DNA from: Pasteurella multocida
Lineage (GTDB): Bacteria > Pseudomonadota > Gammaproteobacteria > Enterobacterales > Pasteurellaceae
Direction: 5' to 3'
Assembly (NCBI RefSeq): GCF_900187275.1
Contig: NZ_LT906458.1
Location: 1,320,001 to 1,352,000, forward strand
DNA length: 32,000 nt
Position numbers and translations under genes: made by a program. The notes under the pieces were generated by a model. The model saw nothing but the letters and a program-made list of their open reading frames with translations, did not search any database and was not told the origin of the DNA. This document shows, piece by piece, positions 1 to 10,349 of this stretch (positions within the stretch are counted from its first letter, which is position 1; each line of letters opens with the position of its first letter).

Positions 1-1149
1 ATGGTGAGCTAATGATGCCTCATTTAAATTACCACCGACTTGTTTCTCAATAAAACTGGCGCAGAATTTAGACAGCGCAAGGGGTTCAAGTAACCACGGT
101 TTTTGGCGCAATGGCGGATGTGCACGTAACCAATGATGCACTTTCGCATTAAAGCGTGTATGTGCATGATGATTTGGGTCGATTAAGCCCGTACTTTGTT
201 CAACAATCCAATATTCTTGTTTAAAGGCTGCTAAGAATTGATTCACACGTTTACTAATAAACCCAGAGCCAAATTGAATAACAATATCCGCTTGTAATAA
301 TTTTTGCTTAACTGTTTGATTCGCTAACCAAATATCTGCATAAGGTAAACTGGCTTCAACACTCGATTGAACATCTGTTAAAGCAATCCAGCCCATAGTA
401 TTTGCCCAAGCCATAATGCCCATAGTTTGTTCCACGGGTAATCGCCCAACAACAATGACTCCTCGCATCGTCCGCCAATGATCCCAATTGGCGTGCATCA
501 AAACTTCTTTCTGATCTGTTTGTTGTTGTATCCAAGGTTTATGTTGGTTTAACCAACGTTGAATAGGCACCAGCCAACTATGTGCCTCGATATCTGTTTC
601 ACTGGCTTCATAAAGGGGCTCAGCAAAAGGCACATTAACATGAACAACACCGGGTTGACGGGCTTGTTGATAACAGGCTTGCTCTAAACGAGAAATTAAC
701 CAATCGGCGCTGTAATCTTGACTTGGGCGCGGTAAATTAACACTTGCAACAGGATAATCCGCATACATATGCGGTTGTACAATCGCTTGATTTGCCCCGC
801 ATTCGATCAATTCTGGAGGACGATCAGCAGTAAGAACAATCAGATTTACTCCCGTTTGACGCGCTTCAATAATAGCAGGATATAGATTCGCCGCTGCCGT
901 GCCAGAGGTGACGATTACGGCAACAGGCTTTTTGCTGACTTTTGCCAATCCTAACGCAAAAAAACCAAGTCCACGTTCATCAAAGTGAGTGTGGCAAGTC
1001 ACACGATGACTATCTTGCAAACGTATCGCTTCCAAAGTCAGAGGAGTAGAACGAGATCCTGGTGCAATACAAAAATGCGCAACACCTTGGCGAACCAGGG
1101 TTTCCAAAATCACTTTTGACCAACAACGATTAAATACGCTTATTGACAT
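1..1149 (-). CDS. menD: MenD, 2-succinyl-5-enolpyruvyl-6-hydroxy-3-cyclohexene-1-carboxylate synthase (partial; N-terminal 383 codons in window)
   Basis: Manual reverse-strand reading from ATG at 1149: MSISVFNRCWSKVILETLVRQGVAHFCIAPGSRSTPLTLEA...HTHFDERGLGFFALGLAK...VTSGTAAANLYPA...LTADRPPEL, typical MenD/ThDP-enzyme motifs. The frame runs off the window edge, which probably explains its absence from the ORF track. It lies directly downstream of menF. Confidence 0.93.
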   Translation of the reverse strand, partial: MSISVFNRCWSKVILETLVRQGVAHFCIAPGSRSTPLTLEAIRLQDSHRVTCHTHFDERGLGFFALGLAKVSKKPVAVIVTSGTAAANLYPAIIEARQTGVNLIVLTADRPPELIECGANQAIVQPHMYADYPVASVNLPRPSQDYSADWLISRLEQACYQQARQPGVVHVNVPFAEPLYEASETDIEAHSWLVPIQRWLNQHKPWIQQQTDQKEVLMHANWDHWRTMRGVIVVGRLPVEQTMGIMAWANTMGWIALTDVQSSVEASLPYADIWLANQTVKQKLLQADIVIQFGSGFISKRVNQFLAAFKQEYWIVEQSTGLIDPNHHAHTRFNAKVHHWLRAHPPLRQKPWLLEPLALSKFCASFIEKQVGGNLNEASLAHH

Positions 1150-1161
1150 ATCTGTTCCCTT

Positions 1162-2457
1162 TTATAATTGATTCTGTTGCAATAACGATACTAAGCCCAT
1201 AGCTTTACGCTCAATCTCTCGCCATTCTAACAATGGAATAGAGCCTTCAACAATCCCAGCCCCAGCAAAAACACATAATTGACTGTCATTTTCTGCCTGT
1301 TCAATAAAAGCAGAGCGTATCGTGACACAAAAATCCGCATACGCGGGTCCCATAACGCCCAATGTCCCCGCATACCAAGTGCGGTCGAAATTTTCTAATT
1401 TTCGTAACGCCTGTTTAGCTTCCAATTGAGGTAACCCCGCCACCGCTGCAGTCGGGTGCATCGCAAGTAAGATGTCTTTATCCCCACAACCTGCTTTTAG
1501 TTGTGCCGAAATTCGGCGTCGTAAATGTTGTACTTTACGGAGTTTTTTAAGTTCGACCTTTTCTATCGTAATTTGTTGCACAAAGGGCTGTAAATTTTGG
1601 CAAATGCCATCCACAACCAATTGATTTTCATATTCGTTTTTCTTGTCGTGCAACAACCAATCACTTTGCTGTTGATTTTGTTGTTCATCTTCCCCCATAA
1701 ACGCGGTGCCCGCTAAGGCTTCCGTTTTTAATTGTAAACCGTGACGACGATACAATAATTCTGGGCTAGAACCAATAAAGGCACGCTGTTCACTTTCTGC
1801 TAACATAAAGTGATAACAACCTAGATTATATTTCTCACTTTCCGCTAACAAATCCGTTGCGGCTAACGGCGCCGCTGTTTTAAAGCAACGCTCATTCGCT
1901 AAAACAATTTTACTTAACTCGCCTTGTTTAATTTTTTGCAAGCCTTGTTCAACCCAACGGCACCATTCTGCCTGATCGGCTTTTTGCGAAATGAGGCTTA
2001 TCTCTTGCTTCACCGTTTGAAGTGCGGTTTGTTTTTCAAATTTGCTTAAACAAGCGAGCGCTACAAGCTTATCTTGCTCGAATTGCTTTCCATCAATGAA
2101 TAACGTTATCGTCATGCCGTCTTGACGTTGCTGTAATAAAAGACGCGGTAGCACAAACAACGCGTCACCATAAAACTGTAATCCACCGAGCAAAGCCAAC
2201 TGCTGTTCTTGGATAAAGTGTGCCGCTGCACTGACATCAGAGAACTGACGAACCTGACCAATCGACGCCCATTTTGTCGCACCATCTCGCCCATGCAAAT
2301 AAAACTGAGGATAATATTGCTGTGCTTTCAGCCAAGCTAACAAAGAAAAGGTTGTTTCAGTATTGCACTGAAATACCACAATATCGCGATCTTTCTCCGG
2401 TTGATAAGCATTGATTTGTGCAATAAATTGTGCTTTGATTGACTGCAAATTATCCAT
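1162..2457 (-). CDS. menF: Isochorismate synthase MenF
   Basis: 431 aa; chorismate-binding family C-terminus (FIGSSPELLYRRHGLQLKTEALAGT, HPTAAVAGLP, YAGTLGVMGPAYADFCVTIRSA, FAGAGIVEGSIPLLEWREIERK); followed by menD 12 nt downstream. Confidence 0.93.
   Translation of the reverse strand: MDNLQSIKAQFIAQINAYQPEKDRDIVVFQCNTETTFSLLAWLKAQQYYPQFYLHGRDGATKWASIGQVRQFSDVSAAAHFIQEQQLALLGGLQFYGDALFVLPRLLLQQRQDGMTITLFIDGKQFEQDKLVALACLSKFEKQTALQTVKQEISLISQKADQAEWCRWVEQGLQKIKQGELSKIVLANERCFKTAAPLAATDLLAESEKYNLGCYHFMLAESEQRAFIGSSPELLYRRHGLQLKTEALAGTAFMGEDEQQNQQQSDWLLHDKKNEYENQLVVDGICQNLQPFVQQITIEKVELKKLRKVQHLRRRISAQLKAGCGDKDILLAMHPTAAVAGLPQLEAKQALRKLENFDRTWYAGTLGVMGPAYADFCVTIRSAFIEQAENDSQLCVFAGAGIVEGSIPLLEWREIERKAMGLVSLLQQNQL
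2020..2028 (+). repeat. Uptake signal sequence core (AAGTGCGGT) inside menF
   Basis: Exact 9-mer. Confidence 0.85.
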
Positions 2458-2512
2458 ATTGAAAAAGCATTGTTTTCGATAAAAAAATAAGTTAAAAATA
2501 AGCGTTAATTCT

Positions 2513-2521
2513 ACCGCACTT
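2513..2521 (-). repeat. Uptake signal sequence core between menF and alaA
   Basis: Exact ACCGCACTT. Confidence 0.85.
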
Positions 2522-2626
2522 TAATAGAAATTTTTACAAAATCTTTTCTCCCGCCTTAAATAAGCGTAAAGTGTCGTTATTTTATCCAATATCAATCGTT
2601 TCCGTTTACAAGCATAAGGTCTATCT

Positions 2627-3841
2627 ATGGCGCATTTTCCTAAATCAGATAAATTAGAACACGTTTGTTACGATATTCGCGGACCTGTTCATAAAGAAGC
2701 ACTTCGTTTAGAAGAAGAAGGACATAAAATTCTCAAGCTTAATATTGGTAATCCCGCCCCTTTTGGTTTTGAAGCACCAGATGAAATCTTAGTTGATGTC
2801 ATTCGCAACTTACCCACCGCACAAGGCTATTGTGACTCGAAAGGCTTGTATTCTGCACGTAAAGCTATTGTGCAATATTACCAATCAAAAGGCATTCACG
2901 GGGCGACGGTGAATGATGTGTACATTGGTAACGGGGTGTCTGAATTAATCACCATGTCATTACAAGCGTTGCTCAATGACGGTGATGAAGTGCTGATTCC
3001 GATGCCAGACTATCCGCTTTGGACTGCCGCAGCGACTTTAGCCGGTGGTAAACCAGTGCACTATTTATGTGATGAAGAAGCGAATTGGTTTCCTGATGTG
3101 AATGATATCAAAAGCAAAATCACAAAGCGTACTAAAGCGATTGTGGTAATTAATCCTAATAACCCAACGGGTGCAGTATACAGTAAAGATTTGCTGTTAG
3201 AGATCATTGAAGTGGCGCGCCAACATAAATTGATTATTTTTGCCGACGAGATCTACGATAAAATTTTATATGATGATGCAGTGCACCACCATATTGCCGC
3301 CCTCGCGCCAGATATTTTAACCGTCACTTTTAATGGGTTGTCGAAAGCCTACCGTGTCGCGGGTTTCCGCCAAGGTTGGATGATCTTAAACGGACCGAAA
3401 AAAGCCGCTACGGGTTATATTGAAGGGCTCGATATGTTGGCGTCTATGCGACTTTGCGCCAATGTGCCAATGCAACATGCGATTCAAACTGCGCTAGGTG
3501 GCTATCAAAGTATTAATGAATTTATCCTTCCCGGTGGGCGTTTGCTTGAGCAGCGCAATAAAGCCTATGAGTTAATTAATCAAATCCCTGGGGTAAGTTG
3601 CGTCAAACCGCAAGGTGCGATGTATATGTTCCCGAAAATCGACATCAAAAAATTTAATATCTATGATGATGAAAAGATGGTGTTTGATTTGTTAGCACAA
3701 GAAAAAGTGTTATTAGTACATGGACGTGGTTTCAACTGGCATTCCCCTGATCATTTCCGGATTGTCACTTTACCTCATGTTCATCAAATTGAAGAGGCGC
3801 TCACGAAACTTGCTCGTTTCTTAGCCCACTATCATCAATAA
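2627..3841 (+). CDS. alaA: Alanine-synthesizing pyridoxal-phosphate aminotransferase (AlaA/YfbQ type)
   Basis: 404 aa, fold-type I aminotransferase; LNIGNPAPFGFEAPDEI, NPNNPTGAVY, TFNGLSKAYRVAGFRQGWM motifs. Confidence 0.92.
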   Translation: MAHFPKSDKLEHVCYDIRGPVHKEALRLEEEGHKILKLNIGNPAPFGFEAPDEILVDVIRNLPTAQGYCDSKGLYSARKAIVQYYQSKGIHGATVNDVYIGNGVSELITMSLQALLNDGDEVLIPMPDYPLWTAAATLAGGKPVHYLCDEEANWFPDVNDIKSKITKRTKAIVVINPNNPTGAVYSKDLLLEIIEVARQHKLIIFADEIYDKILYDDAVHHHIAALAPDILTVTFNGLSKAYRVAGFRQGWMILNGPKKAATGYIEGLDMLASMRLCANVPMQHAIQTALGGYQSINEFILPGGRLLEQRNKAYELINQIPGVSCVKPQGAMYMFPKIDIKKFNIYDDEKMVFDLLAQEKVLLVHGRGFNWHSPDHFRIVTLPHVHQIEEALTKLARFLAHYHQ

Positions 3842-3855
3842 TTCTTGCTACTTAC

Positions 3856-3892
3856 GGCAAACCGTTTCCCTGATGTTTCGGTTTGCCTTTTT
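3856..3892 (+). terminator. Rho-independent terminator of alaA
   Basis: GGCAAACCG (3856-3864) pairs with CGGTTTGCC (3879-3887), followed by TTTTT. Confidence 0.8.
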
Positions 3893-3939
3893 ATTTTCTG
3901 CCTTCTCGACCATTTCGCTTTCCTCGCATTATTACAAGT

Positions 3940-3958
3940 AAGAATAATTATCATTGAC
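3940..3958 (+). promoter_or_regulatory. Fur-box-like site overlapping the putative fbpA promoter
   Basis: AAGAATAATTATCATTGAC matches about 14/19 of the inverted Fur consensus GATAATGATTATCATTATC. It overlaps a -35-like TTGACT (3954-3959) placed 17 nt before TAAATT (3977-3982). Confidence 0.7.
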
Positions 3959-3983
3959 TTAAATCAATTTATTGGTTAAATTG

Positions 3984-3992
3984 ACCGCACTT
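3984..3992 (-). repeat. Uptake signal sequence core in the fbpA leader
   Basis: Exact ACCGCACTT. Confidence 0.85.
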
Positions 3993-4025
3993 TTAACCGT
4001 AAACACTCATCTGAGGAATGTGATT

Positions 4026-5039
4026 ATGAAAAAAATCTCAACACTTGCATTGGCTTTATCTGCAGTGATTTCAACATCCGCTATGGCGGCAAATGAAGTT
4101 AACGTTTATTCTTACCGCCAACCTTACCTAATCGAACCTATGTTAAAAGACTTCGAAAAAGACACTGGCGTAAAAGTCAACGTGATTTTTGCGGATAAAG
4201 GCTTAGTGGATCGTGTAAAACGTGAAGGCGAGTTAAGTCCAGCAGACGTATTATTAACAGTTGATATCAGTCGTGTGATGGAAATTGTAAAAGAAGGTTT
4301 AGCGCAACCAATCCACAGTGAAACCCTTGAGAAAAATATTCCAGCGCAATTCCGTGATTCCAAAGACGAATGGTTTGCTTTAACAACGCGTGCACGTGCC
4401 ATTTACACTGCAAAAGATCGTGTGGGTAAATTACCAGCTGACTTCACTTACTACGATTTAGCAAAACCTGAATACAAAGGCAAAGTCTGTGTGCGTTCGG
4501 GTAAAAATGCCTATAACGTTTCTTTAGTTGCCTCTATGATCGCACATGATGGCGAAGCGAAAGCAAAAGCGTTCTTAGAAGGCTTAAAAGCGAACCTCGC
4601 ACAAAAACCACAAGGTGGTGACCGTGATCAAGTGAAAGCGATTAAAGAAGGTATCTGTGATTACGCGTTAGGTAACAGCTATTACTTCGGTAAAATGTTA
4701 GACGATGAAAAACAACGTAGCTGGGCAGAAGCGGTTTACATTAACTTCCCGAACCAAAAAGCGCAAGGTACACACGTTAATATCAGTGGTGTAGCCATTG
4801 CGAAACACGCGCCAAACAAAGCCAATGCGGTGAAATTTGTGGAATATTTAAGCGGTGATAAAGCTCAACATTTATACGCTGAGTTGAACCATGAGTACCC
4901 AGTAAAACCAGGAGTTGAGCGCTCTAAACTGGTTGCATCTTGGGGTGAATTCAAAGCTGATGATATCGCTTTAGAGAAAATCGCAGAAAATTATGATAAA
5001 GCATTAAAATTAATTGACGAAGTGAAATTCGATCTTTAA
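4026..5039 (+). CDS. fbpA: Ferric iron ABC transporter, periplasmic iron-binding protein (FbpA/AfuA-like)
   Basis: Preferred start is the internal ATG at 4026 (MKKISTLALALSAVISTSAMA signal peptide) rather than 3972. VYSYRQPYLIEPMLKDFEKDTG...; followed by matching permease and ATPase genes. Confidence 0.9.
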   Translation: MKKISTLALALSAVISTSAMAANEVNVYSYRQPYLIEPMLKDFEKDTGVKVNVIFADKGLVDRVKREGELSPADVLLTVDISRVMEIVKEGLAQPIHSETLEKNIPAQFRDSKDEWFALTTRARAIYTAKDRVGKLPADFTYYDLAKPEYKGKVCVRSGKNAYNVSLVASMIAHDGEAKAKAFLEGLKANLAQKPQGGDRDQVKAIKEGICDYALGNSYYFGKMLDDEKQRSWAEAVYINFPNQKAQGTHVNISGVAIAKHAPNKANAVKFVEYLSGDKAQHLYAELNHEYPVKPGVERSKLVASWGEFKADDIALEKIAENYDKALKLIDEVKFDL

Positions 5040-5067
5040 TTTAGTGACCTGATTTATCTCAACTGGC

Positions 5068-5091
5068 AAGGGCGACGTTAATGTCGCCCTT
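5068..5091 (+). promoter_or_regulatory. Intercistronic hairpin between fbpA and fbpB
   Basis: AAGGGCGAC-GTTAAT-GTCGCCCTT perfect 9-bp stem with 6-nt loop; no strong U tract, since TAAATATT follows. Confidence 0.65.
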
Positions 5092-5117
5092 TAAATATTA
5101 TTATAGACGACGCTAAG

Positions 5118-6776
5118 ATGTATTCACTCAAAAAAATCAGCTGGAATTTCACCGCACTTTTTATTGTGTTGTTCTTTCTCTTGCCTTTAATTTCTATTCT
5201 TTATCAATCTTGGCAAGCCGATTGGGACAATATTCAACATCTTTGGCAAACCGTTCTCACCGACTACAGTATCAATTCGCTCATTTTGGTTTTAGGCACG
5301 GTGTTTTTAAGTTTAGTGTTCGCCATTCCCGCCGCGTGGATTATCTCAACTTACCAATTTGTCGGACAAAAAACATTGCAATGGGTGCTTTGTTTGCCTT
5401 TAGCGATGCCAGCTTATTTAGTCGGCTATCTATACACTGATTTATTAGATTATCCCGGTCCGGTACAATCACTTTTACGGGAATACTTTGCTTGGCATAG
5501 TCCACAAGATTACTGGTTCCCGCCAATTCGTTCACTTGGCGGCGCCTGTTTCGTATTAGCACTGGTCTTGTATCCTTATGTATTTTTACTTGTTCGTGTT
5601 GCTTTATTGGAACAATCAGAAAATTTAATTCATAGTGCCAAAACCTTAGGTGCTAGCCGTTTTTACTTATTTAAAAAAGTCACGTTACCTTTGATTCGCC
5701 CTGCTATTGCAGTCGGTGCATCCTTAGTTGCCATGGAAACCCTTGGCGATTTTGGTACGGTCTACTATTTCGCTGTACCAACACTGACAACAGCGGTATA
5801 TGATACTTGGCTTGGATATGGTGATTTAGGTTCTGCTAGCCAAATTTCTTTGTTAATGCTGTTTATGATCTTCAGCTTATTATGGTTAGAACGTTATAGT
5901 CGTCGTAAACAAAAAACCTATCAACGAGGTTATGAGAAAAAGCGCCGTTTAACGCCTCTTTCTGGTTTCAAACTTGTCCTTGCTCAATTGTATTGTTGGG
6001 GCTTAGTCAGTATCGCCTTCATTATTCCTTTTGCGAAGCTGATTTATTGGGCTCTGTCTTATTTTGATATCAGCCAAGCGGATAACTTTTTCCATTATGC
6101 TTATCATAGCTTATCCAGTTCGGTGATCGCTTCTGTTGTATGTGTACTGTTAGCCCTCTTTTTACACTTTTTTAATCGCCTCGCGTTGCAAAAAAGTCCG
6201 ATACAGCAGCGTGTTGCACATTATGGCTTACAACTTTCCTCCCTCGGCTACGCCATACCCGGTACCGTCTTAGCTATTGGGATTCTGATCCCTTATACTC
6301 GCGCAGATCATTTACTCAATGATCTGCTAAAATCCTTTGGCTTTTCCCCTGTTGGTTTAATTTTCTCAGGATCGATGTTTGCTCTCATTTGTGCTTATAC
6401 CGTACGTTTTTCTGCCATGGCAATTGGTGGTATCGATGCCTCGTTTCAAAAAATATCACCTTCCTTAGATATGGCAAGCCGTACATTAGGTCAAAACGGC
6501 ATCAAAATGTTACATCGTGTTCATCTGCCATTATTGTCTAAAGGTATTCTCACCGCATTGATGATGGTGTTTATCGAAACCATGAAAGAATTAAATGCTT
6601 CGTTATTATTACGTCCTTTTAATTTTGATACTTTGGCAACCCATGTTTTTACCTTTACTTCCGATGAGCAGCTCGAACAAGCCGCCCTACCTGCCATTGC
6701 GTTAGTATTAGTCGGCTTATTACCAGTGATTTGGTTGACACGCTCACTGGTGCTTCATTCCGAAAAAGATCGCTAA
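5118..6776 (+). CDS. fbpB: Ferric iron ABC transporter, permease (FbpB-like, duplicated permease domain)
   Basis: 552 aa multi-TM protein with two copies of a permease-type motif (e.g. AKTLGASRFYLFKKVTLPLIRPAIAVG and SRTLGQNGIKMLHRVHLPLLSKGILTA). Confidence 0.9.
   Translation: MYSLKKISWNFTALFIVLFFLLPLISILYQSWQADWDNIQHLWQTVLTDYSINSLILVLGTVFLSLVFAIPAAWIISTYQFVGQKTLQWVLCLPLAMPAYLVGYLYTDLLDYPGPVQSLLREYFAWHSPQDYWFPPIRSLGGACFVLALVLYPYVFLLVRVALLEQSENLIHSAKTLGASRFYLFKKVTLPLIRPAIAVGASLVAMETLGDFGTVYYFAVPTLTTAVYDTWLGYGDLGSASQISLLMLFMIFSLLWLERYSRRKQKTYQRGYEKKRRLTPLSGFKLVLAQLYCWGLVSIAFIIPFAKLIYWALSYFDISQADNFFHYAYHSLSSSVIASVVCVLLALFLHFFNRLALQKSPIQQRVAHYGLQLSSLGYAIPGTVLAIGILIPYTRADHLLNDLLKSFGFSPVGLIFSGSMFALICAYTVRFSAMAIGGIDASFQKISPSLDMASRTLGQNGIKMLHRVHLPLLSKGILTALMMVFIETMKELNASLLLRPFNFDTLATHVFTFTSDEQLEQAALPAIALVLVGLLPVIWLTRSLVLHSEKDR
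5151..5159 (-). repeat. Uptake signal sequence core inside fbpB
   Basis: Exact ACCGCACTT. Confidence 0.85.
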
Positions 6777-6778
6777 TT

Positions 6779-7816
6779 ATGAATATATTACAAATATCCC
6801 AATTAACTTGTGGTTACAGTACCGAAAACGTCTTACAAAACTTAGATCTGGCGATGGCTCAGAATGAAATTCTCTGTTTACTCGGAGCCAGTGGTTGTGG
6901 CAAAACAACGCTCTTGAAATCGATTGCCGGCTTACAAGACATCAGTCAAGGCAAGATTTTGTTTAATGAGCAAAATTTAGCTGGACTGCCCGTGGAACAA
7001 CGGCAAATTGGAGTTATTTTTCAAGATTACGCGTTGTTTCCACATTTAACGGTGAAAGAAAATATCGCCTTTGGTTTACAGAAGAAAAAAGCGGCAGAAA
7101 AAACAGAAATTATTGAAAAAATGACCGCACTTGTGCGCCTCACAGGCTTACTCGAACGTTATCCTCATGAATTATCTGGAGGTCAACAGCAGCGAGTTGC
7201 CATTGCACGTGCTTTAGCTTGCAAACCGCGTTTATTGTTATTAGATGAACCTTTTTCCAATATTGATAGTCAAGTGCGTTATCAGATGATTGATGAGATC
7301 AAGGACATTTTAAAAAGCCAACAAATTCCCGCGATTTTTGTCACTCATAGCAAAGAAGAAGCCTTTGCCTTCGCTGATAAACTTGCCATTATGGATAAAG
7401 GTAAAATTGTGCAAGTCGGTGATGCCGACTTACTCTATCAAATGCCTATCAATAAGTTTGTGGCAGAGTTTTTAGGTAATGTCAATTATTTAACTTGTCG
7501 TATTACGTCAGAGCGTAGCTTCAATTCGGTGATTGGTGAATACACCTTTACTCAACCGCTCACCTTTTCCAACGAGAAGCCAATAAGTGTCGGACAGAAC
7601 GTACATTGGTTAGTACGTCCACAAAGTTTCCAAATTCATCTTGATGAGCAAGGCAGTGGAGTCATTAGTAAAAAGCGTTTTTTAGGTCCTTACTTTCAAT
7701 ATGATGTTAATATTGGCGACGAGTGCTTTATGGTACAAAGTCCGAAAAACTTCCCGCTTGATGCGCAGGTCCGTTTAAATTATAAATGTACCGCGCCTGT
7801 TCTTTTTGACATCTAG
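6779..7816 (+). CDS. fbpC: Ferric iron ABC transporter, ATP-binding protein (FbpC-like)
   Basis: Preferred start MNILQISQLT at 6779, 2 nt after the fbpB stop. Walker A GASGCGKTT, signature ELSGGQQQRVAIARAL, Walker B LLLLDEPFSNID. Confidence 0.92.
   Translation: MNILQISQLTCGYSTENVLQNLDLAMAQNEILCLLGASGCGKTTLLKSIAGLQDISQGKILFNEQNLAGLPVEQRQIGVIFQDYALFPHLTVKENIAFGLQKKKAAEKTEIIEKMTALVRLTGLLERYPHELSGGQQQRVAIARALACKPRLLLLDEPFSNIDSQVRYQMIDEIKDILKSQQIPAIFVTHSKEEAFAFADKLAIMDKGKIVQVGDADLLYQMPINKFVAEFLGNVNYLTCRITSERSFNSVIGEYTFTQPLTFSNEKPISVGQNVHWLVRPQSFQIHLDEQGSGVISKKRFLGPYFQYDVNIGDECFMVQSPKNFPLDAQVRLNYKCTAPVLFDI
7124..7132 (-). repeat. Uptake signal sequence core inside fbpC
   Basis: Exact ACCGCACTT. 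Confidence 0.8.
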
Positions 7817-7838
7817 CCCGCTTTTTTATTGTAACGTA

Positions 7839-7877
7839 ATAAAAAATCTGCACCGTACTGAATACGAGTGCAGATTT
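7839..7877 (-). terminator. Terminator of the fadR transcript
   Basis: AAATCTGCAC (7844-7853) pairs with GTGCAGATTT (7868-7877). On the minus strand the stem runs into a T tract complementary to the A run before 7847. Confidence 0.65.
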
Positions 7878-7907
7878 CGCAAGATGTGTTATCTGGTTTA
7901 AAAAGGA

Positions 7908-8633
7908 CTATTCATTAAAATTAGCCGGTAAATATGCCTGCATATTTGCCCAAATCACCCCACTGTCTTTACCATATTGACGGATACACTCTTTGACATC
8001 GTTCACTTGCTGTGTTTGACACAACGTCTTTAGCGAAAGATAAAAGCGTTTCGCTAATTCACGCGCCGATGGATTGGCAAAATAAAACAACCCTACACGT
8101 GTATATAACCCTTTCAAACTATTTAAAATCAAACCATACACAGGATTATCAGATGCAAATGCTAATTTACGGAAAAGATCATAATCAAAATTAGTATAAG
8201 CTTCTGCTGTATCTGCTAGAGTATCAAGATCCTTAAACGCTTCGAGTGATTTCTGTGGTTCTACTTTGAAGGCTTTTTGAATATAGATTGCCGAAATATT
8301 GGTTCGCGCGGACAGGATGTTAGAAATGAAACTAGGTAACTTGGTGCTATCTAAACGTACTAATACCTCTAAAATATTCAAGCCCGAGGTTTCCCAAATA
8401 TTATTCACTTTGGTTGGTTTCCCATGTTGAATATTCAACCAACCGTCACGCGCCAGGCGTTGTAGCACTTCACGTAACGTGGTACGCGTCACCCCAATTT
8501 TCTCTGCCAACTCACGTTCAGCCGGCAAATCGGAGCCTGGTGGGAAATGATTATTCCAGATACTTCTGACAATATATTCTTCCGCTAAACCAGCCGGACT
8601 CTGTGCTTTTAAAAGAGGTTGATCATTATTCAT
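7908..8633 (-). CDS. fadR: FadR, GntR-family fatty acid metabolism regulator
   Basis: 241 aa; N-terminal GntR wHTH ([57 protein letters not shown]). Divergent from nhaB, an arrangement known in other gammaproteobacteria. Confidence 0.92.
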   Translation of the reverse strand: MNNDQPLLKAQSPAGLAEEYIVRSIWNNHFPPGSDLPAERELAEKIGVTRTTLREVLQRLARDGWLNIQHGKPTKVNNIWETSGLNILEVLVRLDSTKLPSFISNILSARTNISAIYIQKAFKVEPQKSLEAFKDLDTLADTAEAYTNFDYDLFRKLAFASDNPVYGLILNSLKGLYTRVGLFYFANPSARELAKRFYLSLKTLCQTQQVNDVKECIRQYGKDSGVIWANMQAYLPANFNE

Positions 8634-8786
8634 ACGTTTCTTCTAGTCGATTAAATTTAAAATGTGATACAGATAACAAATAGTTATTTTAAGTATTATC
8701 GTGTAATGCAGTATATATTACAATGATTCCAATATTATATTCAAAATTTCTAAAAATATTAAATATTAACTAAGGTGGTAGTAAAA

Positions 8787-10328
8787 ATGAGTTATACTCA
8801 AGCATTCCTAAGAAATTTCTTAGGAACAAGTCCTAATTGGTACAAAATCACAATTGTCCTTTTCCTTATTATAAACCCTATAATCTTCTTCTTTATCAGT
8901 CCCTTTATTGCCGGTTGGCTCTTAGTTGCTGAATTCATTCTGACTCTCGCCATGGCACTGAAATGTTACCCTCTTCAACCCGGTGGTTTACTGGCATTAG
9001 AAGCCGTGGCGATTGGTATGACCCATCCAGAACACGTGAAAGCCGAAATCATAGCAAACTTCGAAGTCATCCTACTATTGATCTTTATGGTTGCAGGGAT
9101 TTATTTTATGAAGCGGTTATTGCTGTTTGTTTTCACAAAATTACTTTTAAGTATTCGTTCAAAAATGGTGTTATCCCTTGCTTTCTGTTTAAGTGCGGCC
9201 TTTTTATCGGCTTTTCTCGATGCTTTAACTGTAGTAGCCGTGATCATCAGTGTAGGTATGGGGTTCTATGGGGTATATCATAAAGTTGCTTCAGGCAATA
9301 ATTTCAACGACTCCACTGATATTACCAAAGACGATAAAATTGGTGAAAATAAAGACACGTTAGAACAATTCCGTGCTTTCTTACGCAGCTTAATGATGCA
9401 TTCTTGTGTGGGAACCGCATTAGGTGGCGTCATGACTATGGTCGGTGAACCCCAAAACTTAATCATTGCAGAACAAGCCAAATGGGCATTTGGGGAATTC
9501 TTCTTACGTATGCTCCCAGTCACGTTGCCAGTTCTCATTTGTGGTTTAGTGACCTGCTTCTTAGTGGAAAAATTTGGTGTATTTGGCTATGGCGCCAAAT
9601 TGCCACGTAAAGTATGGGGCATCTTGGCAAAGTTTGATCGCAATAATCAACAAAAAATGTCACGACAAGATCGTTTGAAACTTTTTGTGCAAGCTTTAAT
9701 TGGTATTTGGTTGGTTGTTGGACTCGCATTCCATCTCGCCGCCGTCGGTATCATTGGTTTAACGGTGATTATTTTGGCTACTTCATTTTGTGGTGTCACC
9801 AGCGAGCATGCTATTGGTAAAGCCTTTCAGGAATCCTTACCCTTCACAGCATTGTTAGTGGTGTTCTTCTCGGTTGTTGCCGTCATCATTGACCAACATC
9901 TGTTTGCGCCAATTATTCAGTTTGTGCTGGCTGCCAGTGAACATACTCAGCTTGCTCTTTTCTATATTTTTAACGGTTTGTTATCCGCCATTTCAGATAA
10001 TGTGTTTGTGGCCACAGTTTATATCAATGAAACCAAAGCGGCATTAGAGGCTGGCTTAATTGCTCAACCACAATATGAATTACTGGCAGTAGCAATTAAT
10101 ACCGGTACCAATCTTCCTTCTGTTGCAACCCCAAATGGTCAAGCCGCATTCTTATTTTTATTGACCTCATCACTGGCACCATTAATTCGTCTTTCTTATG
10201 GTAGAATGGTTTATATGGCATTGCCTTATACCATCGTATTATCCTGTATTGGTTTATTGACTGTGGAATATATTTTGCCTGGCGCAACCAATGTGCTCAT
10301 TCAAATTGGTTTATTAAAACCAATGTAA
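8787..10328 (+). CDS. nhaB: Na+/H+ antiporter NhaB
   Basis: 513 aa from [20 protein letters not shown]; extended NhaB-like sequence ([43 protein letters not shown]). Start preferred at 8787 over 8775. Confidence 0.93.
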   Translation: MSYTQAFLRNFLGTSPNWYKITIVLFLIINPIIFFFISPFIAGWLLVAEFILTLAMALKCYPLQPGGLLALEAVAIGMTHPEHVKAEIIANFEVILLLIFMVAGIYFMKRLLLFVFTKLLLSIRSKMVLSLAFCLSAAFLSAFLDALTVVAVIISVGMGFYGVYHKVASGNNFNDSTDITKDDKIGENKDTLEQFRAFLRSLMMHSCVGTALGGVMTMVGEPQNLIIAEQAKWAFGEFFLRMLPVTLPVLICGLVTCFLVEKFGVFGYGAKLPRKVWGILAKFDRNNQQKMSRQDRLKLFVQALIGIWLVVGLAFHLAAVGIIGLTVIILATSFCGVTSEHAIGKAFQESLPFTALLVVFFSVVAVIIDQHLFAPIIQFVLAASEHTQLALFYIFNGLLSAISDNVFVATVYINETKAALEAGLIAQPQYELLAVAINTGTNLPSVATPNGQAAFLFLLTSSLAPLIRLSYGRMVYMALPYTIVLSCIGLLTVEYILPGATNVLIQIGLLKPM

Positions 10329-10349
10329 TGACAAGTAAAAGGAGGAAAC

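Noticed and set aside
4124-4402. 92-aa antisense ORF in fbpA (and similar at 5341-5562 in fbpB, 9278-9538 in nhaB)
   Set aside because: All overlap confident genes and look like non-coding complements.
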